Shown: piece by piece, positions 40,501 to 51,612 of the stretch
Layout of the letters: each line of letters starts with the position of its first letter
How positions within the stretch are numbered: the first letter of the stretch is position 1
Assembly: GCF_003704095.1 (NCBI RefSeq)
Contig: NW_020844283.1
Coordinates: 62,001 to 126,000 of the forward strand
Direction: 5' to 3'
Length of the DNA stretch: 64,000 bases
Origin: Pocillopora damicornis
Lineage: Eukaryota
Notes under the pieces: model-generated
What the model saw: the letters and a program-made list of their open reading frames with translations, nothing else
Databases searched by the model: none
Told to the model about the DNA's origin: nothing
Position numbers and translations under genes: made by a program

Positions 40501-40826
40501 AGTTCACACCACGCCACAGCGACCCCGGTTTCTGTGTCCAAGCCTTTGTAGACCGTTTTGAAGGAGCCTCTGCCAACTTCAATGTCAAATTTGAGGAACC
40601 GGCCATCTGGACTTACTTCGACTGCTTTCTCCTCGGCCTCAAGTCCCACTGTTTTCTCTCGGTTTTCCCCCTTGGTTGTTAATTTTTGAGAGCCATCGAC
40701 CAAAGAAGCTATAGGTTCAATGAATTTTGATTCATCCTCAGTGACAACATTACTTAGCTTAAATTGTACATGTTTCGGAGGCTTTATAGGTTCTTCCTTA
40801 GAAGATTCATCAAACTGACTCTCCAT
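25539..40826 (-). CDS. WNK1: Serine/threonine kinase WNK (With No lysine K), about 1647 aa, 13 exons
   Basis: Exons 40826-40497, 40372-40197, 37720-37500, 36193-36036, 35021-34933, 34711-34471, 32726-32295, 31898-31815, 31197-30751, 30181-29990, 29467-27920, 27287-27157, 26433-25539, all phases consistent. Motifs: [11 protein letters not shown] (catalytic Lys in subdomain I), VAWCELQ (Cys replacing the usual Lys), [37 protein letters not shown], autoinhibitory PF2-like domain (IQFDFNL), second CCT-like domain ([13 protein letters not shown]), RFTV/RFTI motifs, C-terminal coiled coil. The symbol denotes the WNK family; it is probably co-orthologous to vertebrate WNK1-4. Confidence 0.95.
26565..26775. 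mobile_element. MITE-like non-autonomous element (about 210 bp) in the last WNK intron
   Basis: Imperfect terminal inverted repeats CTCTTTACACCCT..AGGGCTAAAGAG. It resembles TTAACCCTTT..AAAGGGTTAA (piggyBac-like) short elements recalled from coral genomes. Confidence 0.6.
37853..38290. mobile_element. Cluster of degenerate tRNA-derived SINE-like fragments in WNK intron 2
   Basis: Two direct copies begin TAGCTGTGAAA.T.AAGC.TG..CAGGATT.GAA(C/G)C (about 37865 and 38087), plus one inverted fragment (about 38230-38285). The GGATTTGAACC segment is a reverse B-box-like motif. Confidence 0.55.
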
Positions 40827-43746
40827 AACGTTAAACTAACGTTAGAAGAAGTCAAGAAAGAAACTTTCAGAAAAGAGAAATAGTCCAATACATTGGTGCC
40901 ACACAAAGATGAACGCAGTACTTCAAGAATTCCATTGCTCCGTCCAAATGAAGGTCACATCCTAAAGTTTTTAACCGTTTCCTGATTCTACCACGCAAAA
41001 TTTCTGTCTAGCTGTTCTCTCTTAAGACTGACCTCGCAAGAACGCTAAGTCAAGCCAACAAAGAGAGTGAAAAGGCCGTCCATTGCTGTAAACAACACGG
41101 CCAAATCACAACATCTCTTCCCTTCTCCACAATCTTGCAAACGAATTCCTTATCAGTAAGGAGTGAAAGAGCAAAACCAAAACTTCGATCCGACCGTTCA
41201 AAGCCTAAGCTCACGAGAGCTACCCTCAACACTGCGAAAAAGTCACCAAGGACGACTAAAATGGCGGTTATTAATACGAGGAGTGCGAGTAAATACTGTA
41301 GAAAGGAACTCAACTTAACGGCTAATTCAATGGCGCATGAACAAGTCCACTCTGGGGGAGACCGTGAGGAGGTATTTTTACAGGGACTCGAGCTGGCCGG
41401 CCACCATTTGTTTGTTGCTACGCTACTGAAAATCTGCGCATGCTCTGTTGGATTTGCTAGTGCTACTCACTACTACTGGCAAAACCGGTTATGATCCCAT
41501 GACCATCCATTATTCGTCACAATATGCGACGTCAAAACGTTTTGTTTTCCTAGCTCTTTGTTACGAAATTTAAGTTCACCCCACCAAGCGTAAGATATCA
41601 AGATGTAGGCTTTTTCGCGAAAAGCAATCGTTCCAGAGATTAAAAAAATCACGAAACACGTATTTGTGCAATTTCCGATGAAACTTGGAAAAGGATTAGG
41701 CTCAATATTTTGAATGAAACAAAATAATAATAAATTTCAAGAACTTGCCATATGTCTAACATGTGACTTGTCAGTAGCCGACCGCAAGGTCACATTGAAA
41801 AAGAAATGCGGCAAATGTGGCGAATATAGATGTGACCAGATATTATAATTCTCTCTCAGCCTGCACACGCGTTTGAAATATTTCCTTATTTGCAATCAAT
41901 AAATGCAGGAATTATTACGTATTACTTTTCAACATCTCAACCGTATGGCAGGTTTTTTGGTTTTTTTGTTTTTTTCATTTTCCCTCTCTGCTGTTGTTTT
42001 ATTCCTCTCTTTGCCAGCTGTCGTTTCTAGGGCTACTCAATCATCCTTGTAAAATTTTGTGTTTTGGACGTCAAATCACAAAACGGTCTCGTGTCCCGCG
42101 GCTGCTTTCGAGTTAGACCTGACAGTTATCGTTCCTTCGCATTGTTAGTGTTTTCCGTGTGTGTCATGATTTAGTCTTAATCAAATTAGTAAGTAACTTA
42201 GTTTTGCGCCGAAAACTTGATCTGTCTCCAGCAATGATCATTGCGGGCACCCTGGTCTAAAAATGGCACTGACGTTTGATCTGACAGGAAGTTGAACTAT
42301 CACGTGATGTACTCAAACTTATTCAGTATGCCATTGAAAAATTGCGTGACTACAATTATCTTCTTTGTTCCATTTTCATAACAGGGCTGGTGGCAAACTC
42401 TCCCTATGGATTTAGCGGGTATGCAAATGACATATAGACTCTGAGTTAACTTTGTAACTTTGGTTTTAACTTTGTAAATGGAAAGAGACAATCCCAATAA
42501 AGTGACTAGACTTGATACAGCGTGTCGCAACACAGCCGTCACGAATCAATAATCCTACGTACGTTAATTAGCTGATTTCAATATCTCAGAACACATTTAG
42601 ACATCGAATCATAGTCTGCACGCAACGGGCAGCCATCCCTTGAGGGTAGGTAACTGAAGCAGCACTCGCCAAATATTTGCTATTTTCCTTGGCTTTTCCT
42701 TGAATCATCCGATTTGTTTGTATTCATTGACGTTATTCCAACATGTAAAAATCCTTGAAGCGAAAGGAGGTAAACCGGTGACTTGCGTCAACGTAGGTCA
42801 ACAGAGACTGAACATCAACAAGGACGAAATGCGAGTTGAAATGAAATGCCCCATAGAGGGGCACCGTCTCAAAAAGCTTAGGGGCCAGCTCTCAATCAAA
42901 TATTGACGAGTGATCTTGTGACCTGATGAGGCAGTCAATTAACTGTCTTAGAATATTGAGCTACGAATCATATCTAACCATTTTGAAAGAATGGCTATTG
43001 GGTAGCGAGTTAAGCTTTCTAATTTTTTTAATTTTCTAATTTTTCAAACATGATGACATTTGGCTTTAAAGTTTCCTATGTCAGAACGCAGGTGTCAAAA
43101 GTGTCAAGAAACAGCGCCAAAAATTACTGATTTGTCTAGCTGTATGGGGATACACATAACGGTTGTTGACAGTAAGTTTTCCAAAATTGTACACTCTAAG
43201 AGAAACATATCTGTGCATCGATGTCAACCACACTTTGATGTATCACCCGCTCCACTATGCCTCGATCCTACCTAAACGTCTCTATGTTGAATAAACAGTG
43301 GGCGCGTTACCAGTCGCTGGTGCTTCGCGCTCATTCGTTCTAACGAGTACTAGAAAGGAGGAAGCTGTGTGTAGATTTTACAGAGTCAGCTGACCGTGTG
43401 TAAAATTTAGTGAAGGGTAGGTGAAAAAAACACTTAAAGGGCCAAAGTGAGTTTTTAGTTCACATACCGCGTTCATCATCAAGGCTCTCAGGGAAATTTA
43501 TGAAGTGACACGAAAGTGGTCTTTGAAACGTCCAAAAAAACTGTGGTGAAATGTGAATAAGAAGGGAGCAATTATGAGTCGCATCGATCAATAGCAAAAA
43601 ATAGATTTGTCAGTTACTTATAGGGAGGAACTATACCTTTTGGCTTGTTTCTTTTTTTATTTTTGTTGTTGTTACTGTTGTAGCTGATTTTTCCTCGTTG
43701 TTGCTGTTTCTCCTCCTTTTGATCCCCTCTGTGATTCATGTTTGTC

Positions 43747-46700
43747 TTAGGCTTTGGTTTCTGGTAAAACTTGGAAACAAACATTATCTGGGGAGACAAA
43801 GAAACACTACTAACTGGGCATGACGATTGGAAAAAAGGGAAGGAAATTAATTCCCTCAATAGAATAAAAGTTTTAATGTCTTGATTCCCTGAAATACAAA
43901 ATAAAATTGACTCAGAAGTTACAAATTTCTTAGGCTAAGCCAGACTATAAATATAAATAACAATGTTACTCAGTCAGTGACGGACTTACTGAGATACATT
44001 GTAGAATTACATTGATGAAGGAATATACGGTGAATCTCATATGCTGCGAAAATCTGAGATAAATCTAAATGATGAATCAACTCTAGAGATAAAAAGGGAA
44101 CATTTTGAAAATTAAAAATAACATCAAAATCTTTCCGAACTCATGGGTCGGACTCTGATTTTGCACAAGCTCTGATACCTTCACCAAGCTCCAACACACT
44201 AGGAACCAAGAAACCTAAACGCCTATAATCGCTTGCAATTTGGCAATTATAAAATCAATTTGGTATCCATATGCTGTATCTATTAAGTCATTTATTTTAT
44301 CGCGTCAATTCTAAAAATTCTCGTCTACTTTAATGTGAAAGCCTTTTAAGGCGAGCACTTGGTTTTCAGACCGTCTTTTCTCTGCATTGTACATGAGTCG
44401 AAACAGCATAATGGGACACGAGTGGTTCAATTTATTGAAGAAAATTAACGCATTAGAGAAAGTTTACCTTCAGAATTTTCAGCATTGAAAAACTACTGAA
44501 GTTGTCACTGCTGTTAAATCTTTCAAAATTCCCTACCCTAGAACAGAATCACTGCAGCAACTGAAAACCGGAAGAGGCTTGGGATAGCTACGAAAACTCA
44601 AGATTTCATGAAAGCAGAGGATGGCAAAACTGTCATGCTATAACATAACGAAACATGCTAAAACATTATTGAGGTTTTAAAATGACATTTAAAAAACTCA
44701 AAACCTACGTCCAAAGGTCGACGAGAACAATCCATAAAATGTCTTAGGATATCTCAAAGAAACCACTCATTTAGGCATTCTGACTTGATAACACGCTATT
44801 TGTTTGGACATGTTGCCGCTAAATTTTGGCAATAGTGTGATAATTTTCTTTAAAAGATTATTCTTTGTGGATTGTTTTGAAATAAGCAATATAAAAAAAG
44901 TAGCGTGTTTAAGATTTGCAGTTGAGTCACTTTGCGTGCATCAGCTATTGTTGATCAAATATTTAGTTCAAAGTTTTTAAGGAAACTCTTGCAGTGACCG
45001 ATAATCAATAAGAACAATGGAGTTGTACTATAGGTCAGCCGGCTCTACAAATCATGTGCCGAGTGTTTACTTAGTGACGATCTTTACAGTTGGCTGACCA
45101 GTATAAACTACACGAAAACACTAACAACAATCATTATCATGAATTTAACAATCAATAAAGTTAAAAGTATATTGCATGTACTGTGTCATTATAAACTTAA
45201 ACGCAGCTTCATCATGAAATGCAGTGTTCACGTGCGTGTAACATATAAGAATATCAAATGTAATAAGCTCACCGCATTTTCAACTCTATTCATGATAAGC
45301 TGTTGCTGTTCTCTGTGGAAAAAAAAATGAAAAAAGATCACAATAGAGTAATTTCTTTATCCAGACAAAGCTGAGGTTTTTTATCTATCTAAAAAAACAA
45401 ACTTTTAACAGAAAACATTTCATTTCGTGTTACTACAGTGACACAATAATAGAAAATAGTATGAACGATACCAGCGCACATGCTACAAATTCAATTTGAA
45501 GACTCTAATGGTGCAATTTCATTTATTCTGAACTTACCTATAAAGCTATCCAAGTAATTCTCCAAATCAGGATCAAACGCTGTGATAAGCGTAATGTCTC
45601 ACTACATCCCATTCTTTGGTGATGAGCATTTGACTTGTTCAGCTTTCTTTGACTTGTTCACCATATATTCTGACTGTATATAAAGTTTCTGTCTGCTGTC
45701 CATCAATTACTCATATGAGTATGATATTGACCGACAAACCTGTTGTTCCCGTTTGAAAGTCAACATAGAGAACATCGGCTTTACTGTGATTATCGTAGCT
45801 ATACTACGTTCTTCGATAACCTTCTCTGCTGAAACAGCGTTTAAATGAAAGATATTTTCCCCTTTTACCGTATTACTAACGCTCTTCGCGTTGAAATTTT
45901 TGCCAAACTAGTTTTGGTTCATTCAATCAATGAATTGCCTTTGCTGAAGCTGAAATTTCCACAACATAACCAACGGGACGCTGGTTGCATGTGTAAATAC
46001 AAATAAAAACACTGTGCTTTTGTGGGGTGCTTAAAAAGTAATACCAAGTTTATGGTGGTTTTATTGTCTCGTCCGAGACTACTCCAGGAAATACCTTTTT
46101 TAATTTTCTACCGTCTTCCTAAAGGTCAAAGTAATATGTATAAAGGACCCTGTGAAGACATTTCTGAACTCACCCACCCTTTGAACACATCTATCTTACG
46201 AATACATTTGGTATTGCAAGTGAGGTCAGCAAGCGTTCCCACAGAAATAAGTTACTTTGAAGAAAATCCTGTTTTTAACAGAATAAGGCTTTATATTGAT
46301 GAAATGCTGTTTTTACATCTCTGCTCTCTTGAGATAAACGATCAATCAGTGTCATTAGATTATGATGTTTTTCTTTTCCTCAAGGAATACCTCATCTACA
46401 TTCCTTTGAATCTTTTGAACGACATATAATAACATCAGTTCAGATAGTACAAAGAAGAGTCTGGGAAACATATTTGGGATGATTACCCCTTCTTTCCAAA
46501 CCAACATCTGTTTTACGATATTTTATTTTTCACCTCAATACTTCAACGTTTGGCTAATTTATAACTTTTGCGCTTGCTCGCTTTGCTTCCGTTTCCTTTT
46601 AGAGAACAAGCGGGTTCCTTCGTTGGTAGCCTATGTAAAACCCTTTTACTCTACTCTTTGTAGTTCAACGTCGTAATAATTTGCCACTGGAAATTCACAC

Positions 46701-46980
46701 GTCATGGTTTAGCCTAGTAGTCGCACCTCTGTTGTATGTTCAAAGAAAATCTGATTCTTTTCAGTAATATTGACGGCCACGAAATGTCTTATTCTCTGCT
46801 AGATACTGTTCGGACGTTAACTGGCCATTTGTCATCGCCACCTTTTTCTTAAAAGGATTTTTCTGGTCATCGGCGTTGCATGTCACAGCGGTTTTCTTTC
46901 TTTTTAATCCTCGTCTCCAACAGCTTTCAGGCACAGCGCATTCCTGGAAACCATTTGTCTCCATCAACTGGTCCACAAAA
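43747..46980 (-). pseudogene. Candidate decayed multi-exon gene (or spliced lncRNA) of unknown family
   Basis: Exon-like AG..GT segments at about 45739-45538, 45312-45273, 44779-44709, 44537-44468, 44214-44179, 44053-43990 and 43787-43747 join with matching phases but contain in-frame stops. Further broken coding-like sequence lies at 46.1-47.0 kb. Confidence 0.35.
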
Positions 46981-48239
46981 CGAGTGGTTAAACCGAAGCA
47001 CTTATTTTTCCATGCTACTTATGATGTTCCGTCGTTAAAAGTAAGAACACAGGCAATATAAGGAAAATTAATACATTTGAACATGATGGGAGTCTTCGCA
47101 AGGATCTTCAGAGGTTGGCAAAGGTTTACTACGAGACGCGTGATTATGCCCAAAATGATTGTGACGCGTGAATTTAATAGAAAGGCAAAATAGGGTGAGA
47201 TTTGAAGTTTTTCCTTTTAATATTAATTAAAGTGCATGTGACGCGTAAATTCTCCTAAGAAATTCGAGCGTAGAACGGGATCAGGACCCCCTGGCCTCAC
47301 CTTTGATATCCTCTCCTTGTGCTCAACAAAAAGCCGATAGTCGAGAAATCAATGGATCCTGTAACGATAAGTTTGGGTTAAAAAGCCTTTTTATTACTTC
47401 AACATAAACCGAGCAATTACATGTTCAAAACCCGAAGAAATAACCGACTACATCCCGAATGCGCGTATCGTTATATAATCATTAGTGGCGCGCTCATTGT
47501 GACAAGTTCAATTGGTAATTTATGCCAGCATACTTCTAACAGTATTTCGTCACAGATCCCAAGTAAATGCACTGGAATCGATTCCAAAAGTAAATTATCC
47601 TATGGAATATGTTCAACTTTTATGCGTGAGCGTCACCAAACATGTTCCCCGATGGACCGGGCTTATGTTAGGGAAGAAACTTTGCACGAGCCTTAACTGA
47701 TAAAGGGACACAAACAAGTCTCGCACGAATTGCGCATCATTCCCCTTGGTTGATGAGAAATAAGAGAAAATATCTATCGAAACGAATTTCGTTAGAAGTC
47801 TGGGCCACCACACTTTCATGTCTGCGATTATTTTACTGACAAGTAACGATTACAACAATTCACGTCATCGATATGACCCGATTCGCCGATTCAGATCACA
47901 ATTGAAAACACATGCAATTTTCTTTCCTTCCAAATCTAACTACCAAGAAGGACGTGCCATGAGTTGTAGGGAGATTCTGATTACGTTAATCTAAACTTCG
48001 GCTACAAATCGTGAGTGATTAACATACGTTATGACTAGTCATCAGTTAATCGCGTTACCATTGATTTGTATCGCACAAAGACCAAAAAATTACATTTTTC
48101 TGTTCCTTACTTCACTCAACCTACTGTAACTTTGAGCCTAACAAATGAATGTACAACTCTCTAGCATTTGGATATTTTTGATATTTTTGATACTTTGCTA
48201 CTTGACTGAGCTAACAGATGCACTTTTCCCTCAGCAATG

Positions 48240-51200
48240 CTAATTATTGCGGTTGACAAAAATAAAGTAAACTGGTACACCAGATAGAACAAATGCCAGA
48301 GCAAACAATGATGACTGAGGTTTGGCAAACAGAGGGGCAATAATAAGGTAGCACGAAATCATCACCATGACAATAGGAATGCCAATCCACACTTTGTAGG
48401 GACGATACTCATGTGGCCTCTTCCAGCGCAGAACCAGAAGTGACAGGAATGTGCAACCCAGGAAAATCCATGCAACAAAGCTGAAACAGCTCAGCAAGGA
48501 ATCCAGATCACCAAGTATTAACATGCAAATGGAAATAAATGATGGGAACATTATAGCACGTAATGGAGTGTGGAAACGCTTGCTGATAACCGCTAAATAT
48601 CGAGGCATGTGTCCTTGTTTGGCTGCTGAGCAAACAACTCTTCCATTAGTAAAAATGGAGCCATTAGCAGCACCATAACAGGAACATGCTACAAACAGTG
48701 GCATAACAACTACAAGGGTGGGTGTAACTTTCTCTGCAACAGATACAGCTACTGCTGTGGATGACAACATTTCTGCTGGTGTCAGAATACTTAGATAAGC
48801 TATATTGATCAGTGTATAGCAAATAGTGACAAGAGGAAGAGCAATCATTACTGCACGAGGGAGATTCTTGTGAGGATTCTGTAATTCCTCTGTCACATAA
48901 TTGAGTTGGTTCCAGCCATCATAAGCCCACAATCCACTAAAGAATGCATGTGCAATTTCTCCAATGTTTGTATTAGTTCCTTTAAAGGGAGACTCAAAGT
49001 TTCCATTGTGTCCACTAGCAATTCTTGAAGCTCCTATCACCACTATTATCCCAATTGCCAGGAGTTTCATTATCATGAAAACTATTTGCATCTGACCTGC
49101 CCAACGGGAACTCACACAGTTCACAGTCGTGATTATTATGATGGAGATTGCAGCTACAAGTTTGATGAGGTCTTCAGGTTCGGTGTTGTTGTTCCCAAGA
49201 AATGGCTGGACAGCATAAGAAGCAAAACTCAATGTGATAATGGCAACAGAGGCTGGTTTCAAAATAAGTACCATTGTCCAGCTCACAAGAAAGCCAGGAA
49301 GAGGCCCTAGAGCTTCCTGGATGTATGTTAGCTCACCACCAGAACGTTGAATCATTGTTCCTAATTCACAATAGCAGAGAGCTCCCAAAGTTGCCATCAC
49401 TCCAGATATAATCCAAATCAAAAGAGTCATTCCCACCGAACCAGAATGCAGAAGGACAAAACGTGGAGTAACAAATATGCCTGAACCTATCATTACACCA
49501 ACAATAAGTGACACGCCTTGCAGGAGTGTTACATTTCGGGTCAATTTTCCTTCTTCCCCTTTTGAATCCTTCTGTGACTTAATCAATTTTTCTTCGGCAC
49601 TTGCATGGTGATCATGGAATGAAATACTAGCATTCAAATCATCCCCCAGCATGGAACACTTCGCCATGTCCTTGTTTGCTTCTGATTGTTTCTCTGTTAA
49701 GTCCTTTGCATCTAAAAGAAAATAAAACAGAAAGGTCTTTTTGTTACAAAACCAAATACACCAAATTAAGAACAAAAATTTGCATGCACTGAAATAAATT
49801 AAAATACTCTAAGACAATTTCAAAATTTTTTTACCATAATAAAGCCAAGATTAGAGTGAAAGCTGGTTACTAACTGTCTCCTGCCATATATAAGGCATTA
49901 TAAGGCCTGTTACAACCATCTATAGAAGAATATAACATTTGTATAGCCCTTTTCAAAACTTTATTGTACTTTAAGATTGGTATGCAATACAAAGTGATGT
50001 ACTAGTACAATTATCACTGTGTGAATTGGAGTAGCAACATCTCTACCAACATTAGAAGAGACAGAAAGCCAGTTTTCAAGATTGGCCAGCTGCTTGCTGA
50101 TACAATTAAATGATTAAAAAAAAAGCATTTAAAAGAAAGTTTGTCAACCTGTGTCACACCACCATCAAATCTGTTACACAAAAGAGACAAGTTATCTTTA
50201 AACTGGAAAGATATAGTGCATATCATACTCAACATCAGTAGTTAAAGATTAACTCAAAGTTTTGGTTAAAACTGGGAACTAATGAAATGATAGTAAATAA
50301 ACAAACTGGCAAATCCAGAGGGTATCCGGTCAATTTGCCACCACAACAAACTGACCCCACCACAAAACTTGCTACCACTGAGAGTCAAATCATATCAGTG
50401 GTGGCAAGTTTAATGTGGTGGTGAATTGACTGTAAACATATCCAAAGTCCATCCTGTATGATTACAAAAGTAGTACATCTGAGTGATGTGGCCAAATAAC
50501 AAAATTTTGTTAAAACTAATAAGACAGTTGGCTGTTGATTGCATGTTATGGTGCTCTATCATATAACCATTTTAACCTCAATAATATTCAGACTGGTTAT
50601 TCATGGATAACTGTATCAAGTGATAATAGTGGTAAGAATTCAAGAACAAACCATGACTGAAACTCATGCATATGAAATCTAGAGTCCACATGAGTCTAAG
50701 CAAGCACTAAAATTGACAGCATTTGAGCAATCAACAACCACGCTCCAAGTCAATGAAGCTACACCTGACACAGAGGAATATTTCCACGAAATATTTCCTA
50801 CAGGACTAATAAAGAACACAGATCAGAGGATTCCAGTCATCCAATTCACTCCCCTCCACTTAAAACTATTAAATTTACAAGGTGTCAAGAAAGGACATTG
50901 TCAGGCCAGGCACATGATATGTATCAGTGGATGTTTGAGGATGTGTGCACACTTATTTTTAGGCAGAAGCCTCTTACTTTAATCAAGCCTGAGGAAATAT
51001 CTGCTAACAGTAGCGCAAGTTCCATAAAGGAAATTTTCAAAACAAACACTGGTCACATCAAATGTTTTCTCCCGGCCCTGATCTCTAATTTGAAAAAAGT
51101 CTTTAAAACACTTAACAGTTCTAAACAGAATATATTAAAATACACATGGCAACCAGGTGGACAACCAGACATGGTTTGATGCTACTCTGATTTAAAGATT

Positions 51201-51512
51201 TGATAAATGTAACCGTAGAAGTTACAATTCATAGACCCAACGTTTCGACACTCCCGTCTAGTGCCTTCATCAACAGTGATCTAAACTAATTAGAGATCGT
51301 ATAAAAGGACCTCTTGTTGCAGCGTTTAGATCAGGAGTGTAACTTCTTCGGTTACATTCATTAAATCTTTTAAACCAGAATAGCATCAAACCATGTCTAA
51401 TTCTAAACAGGATTAGCGTTAGTCAGCTTCTCATCATGAACGATTCCATATCTTTGTTACCATTCCTGCTAATATGCATACAAAAAGTACCTTTCATCCT
51501 TGAACGCTTCAT
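48240..51512 (-). CDS. SLC7A9: SLC7 L-type amino-acid transporter light chain, b(0,+)AT-like, about 497 aa, 2 exons
   Basis: Main exon 49711-48240 encodes a 12-TM APC fold with IGSGIF, GALCYCELGT..SGGE and GLWAYDGWNQLNYVTEEL (the YDGWNQ form typical of SLC7A9). Short first exon 51512-51491 (MKRSRMK, phase 1); an alternative first exon 51592-51556 is also in frame. The symbol means most similar family member. Confidence 0.9.
50329..50431. repeat. Short foldback / palindromic element in the SLC7 intron
   Basis: CCACCACAAAACTTGCTACCACTGA pairs with TCAGTGGTGGCAAGTTTAATGTGGTGG, with outer GTCAATT/AATTGAC. Confidence 0.75.
51167..51398. mobile_element. 60-bp inverted repeat (51167-51226 / 51338-51398) enclosing a hammerhead-like motif; Penelope-type remnant
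   Basis: AGACATGGTTTGATGCTA..AGAAGTTACA versus TGTAACTTCT..TAGCATCAAACCATGTCT, with an inner GATCTAAAC/GTTTAGATC pair. Confidence 0.7.
51235..51277 (-). ncRNA. Variant minimal hammerhead ribozyme motif
   Basis: Minus strand TTGATGA-A-GGCACT-AGACGGG-AGTGTC-GAAA-CGTT: C3U core variant, 6-bp helix II, palindromic AACGUU helix III, weak helix I. Confidence 0.5.
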
Positions 51513-51528
51513 CTTGTCCTGTTAAAGA

Positions 51529-51612
51529 TCACCTCATTCCTGCTTCATTCGTGACCTTCGGTCACTGCCGAACGCTGGAACGTAGCCGCCATCTTGAGTT
51601 ACACGTCATCCG
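51529..51612 (-). promoter_or_regulatory. SLC7 5' leader: CRE/ATF-like TGACGT, YY1-type AAGATGGCGG and three overlapping uORFs
   Basis: uORFs 51592-51545 (MAATFQRSAVTEGHE*), 51548-51534 (MKQE*) and 51537-51529 (MR*) are linked by ATGA overlaps. Confidence 0.5.

Noticed and set aside
41050-41494. Overlapping ORFs 41050-41313 (-) and 41135-41494 (+)
   Set aside because: They lie in the WNK promoter/5' UTR, show no homology cues, and are explained by locally higher GC.
44709-45620. In-frame TGA codons in the decayed gene read as selenocysteine or as an alternative genetic code
   Set aside because: TAA and TAG stops occur in the same frame, and neighbouring genes use the standard code.
49712-49775. 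N-terminal 21 codons of the 511-aa SLC7 ORF in the track
   Set aside because: TTG start within a polypyrimidine tract ending in TAG at 49712; this is intron sequence.
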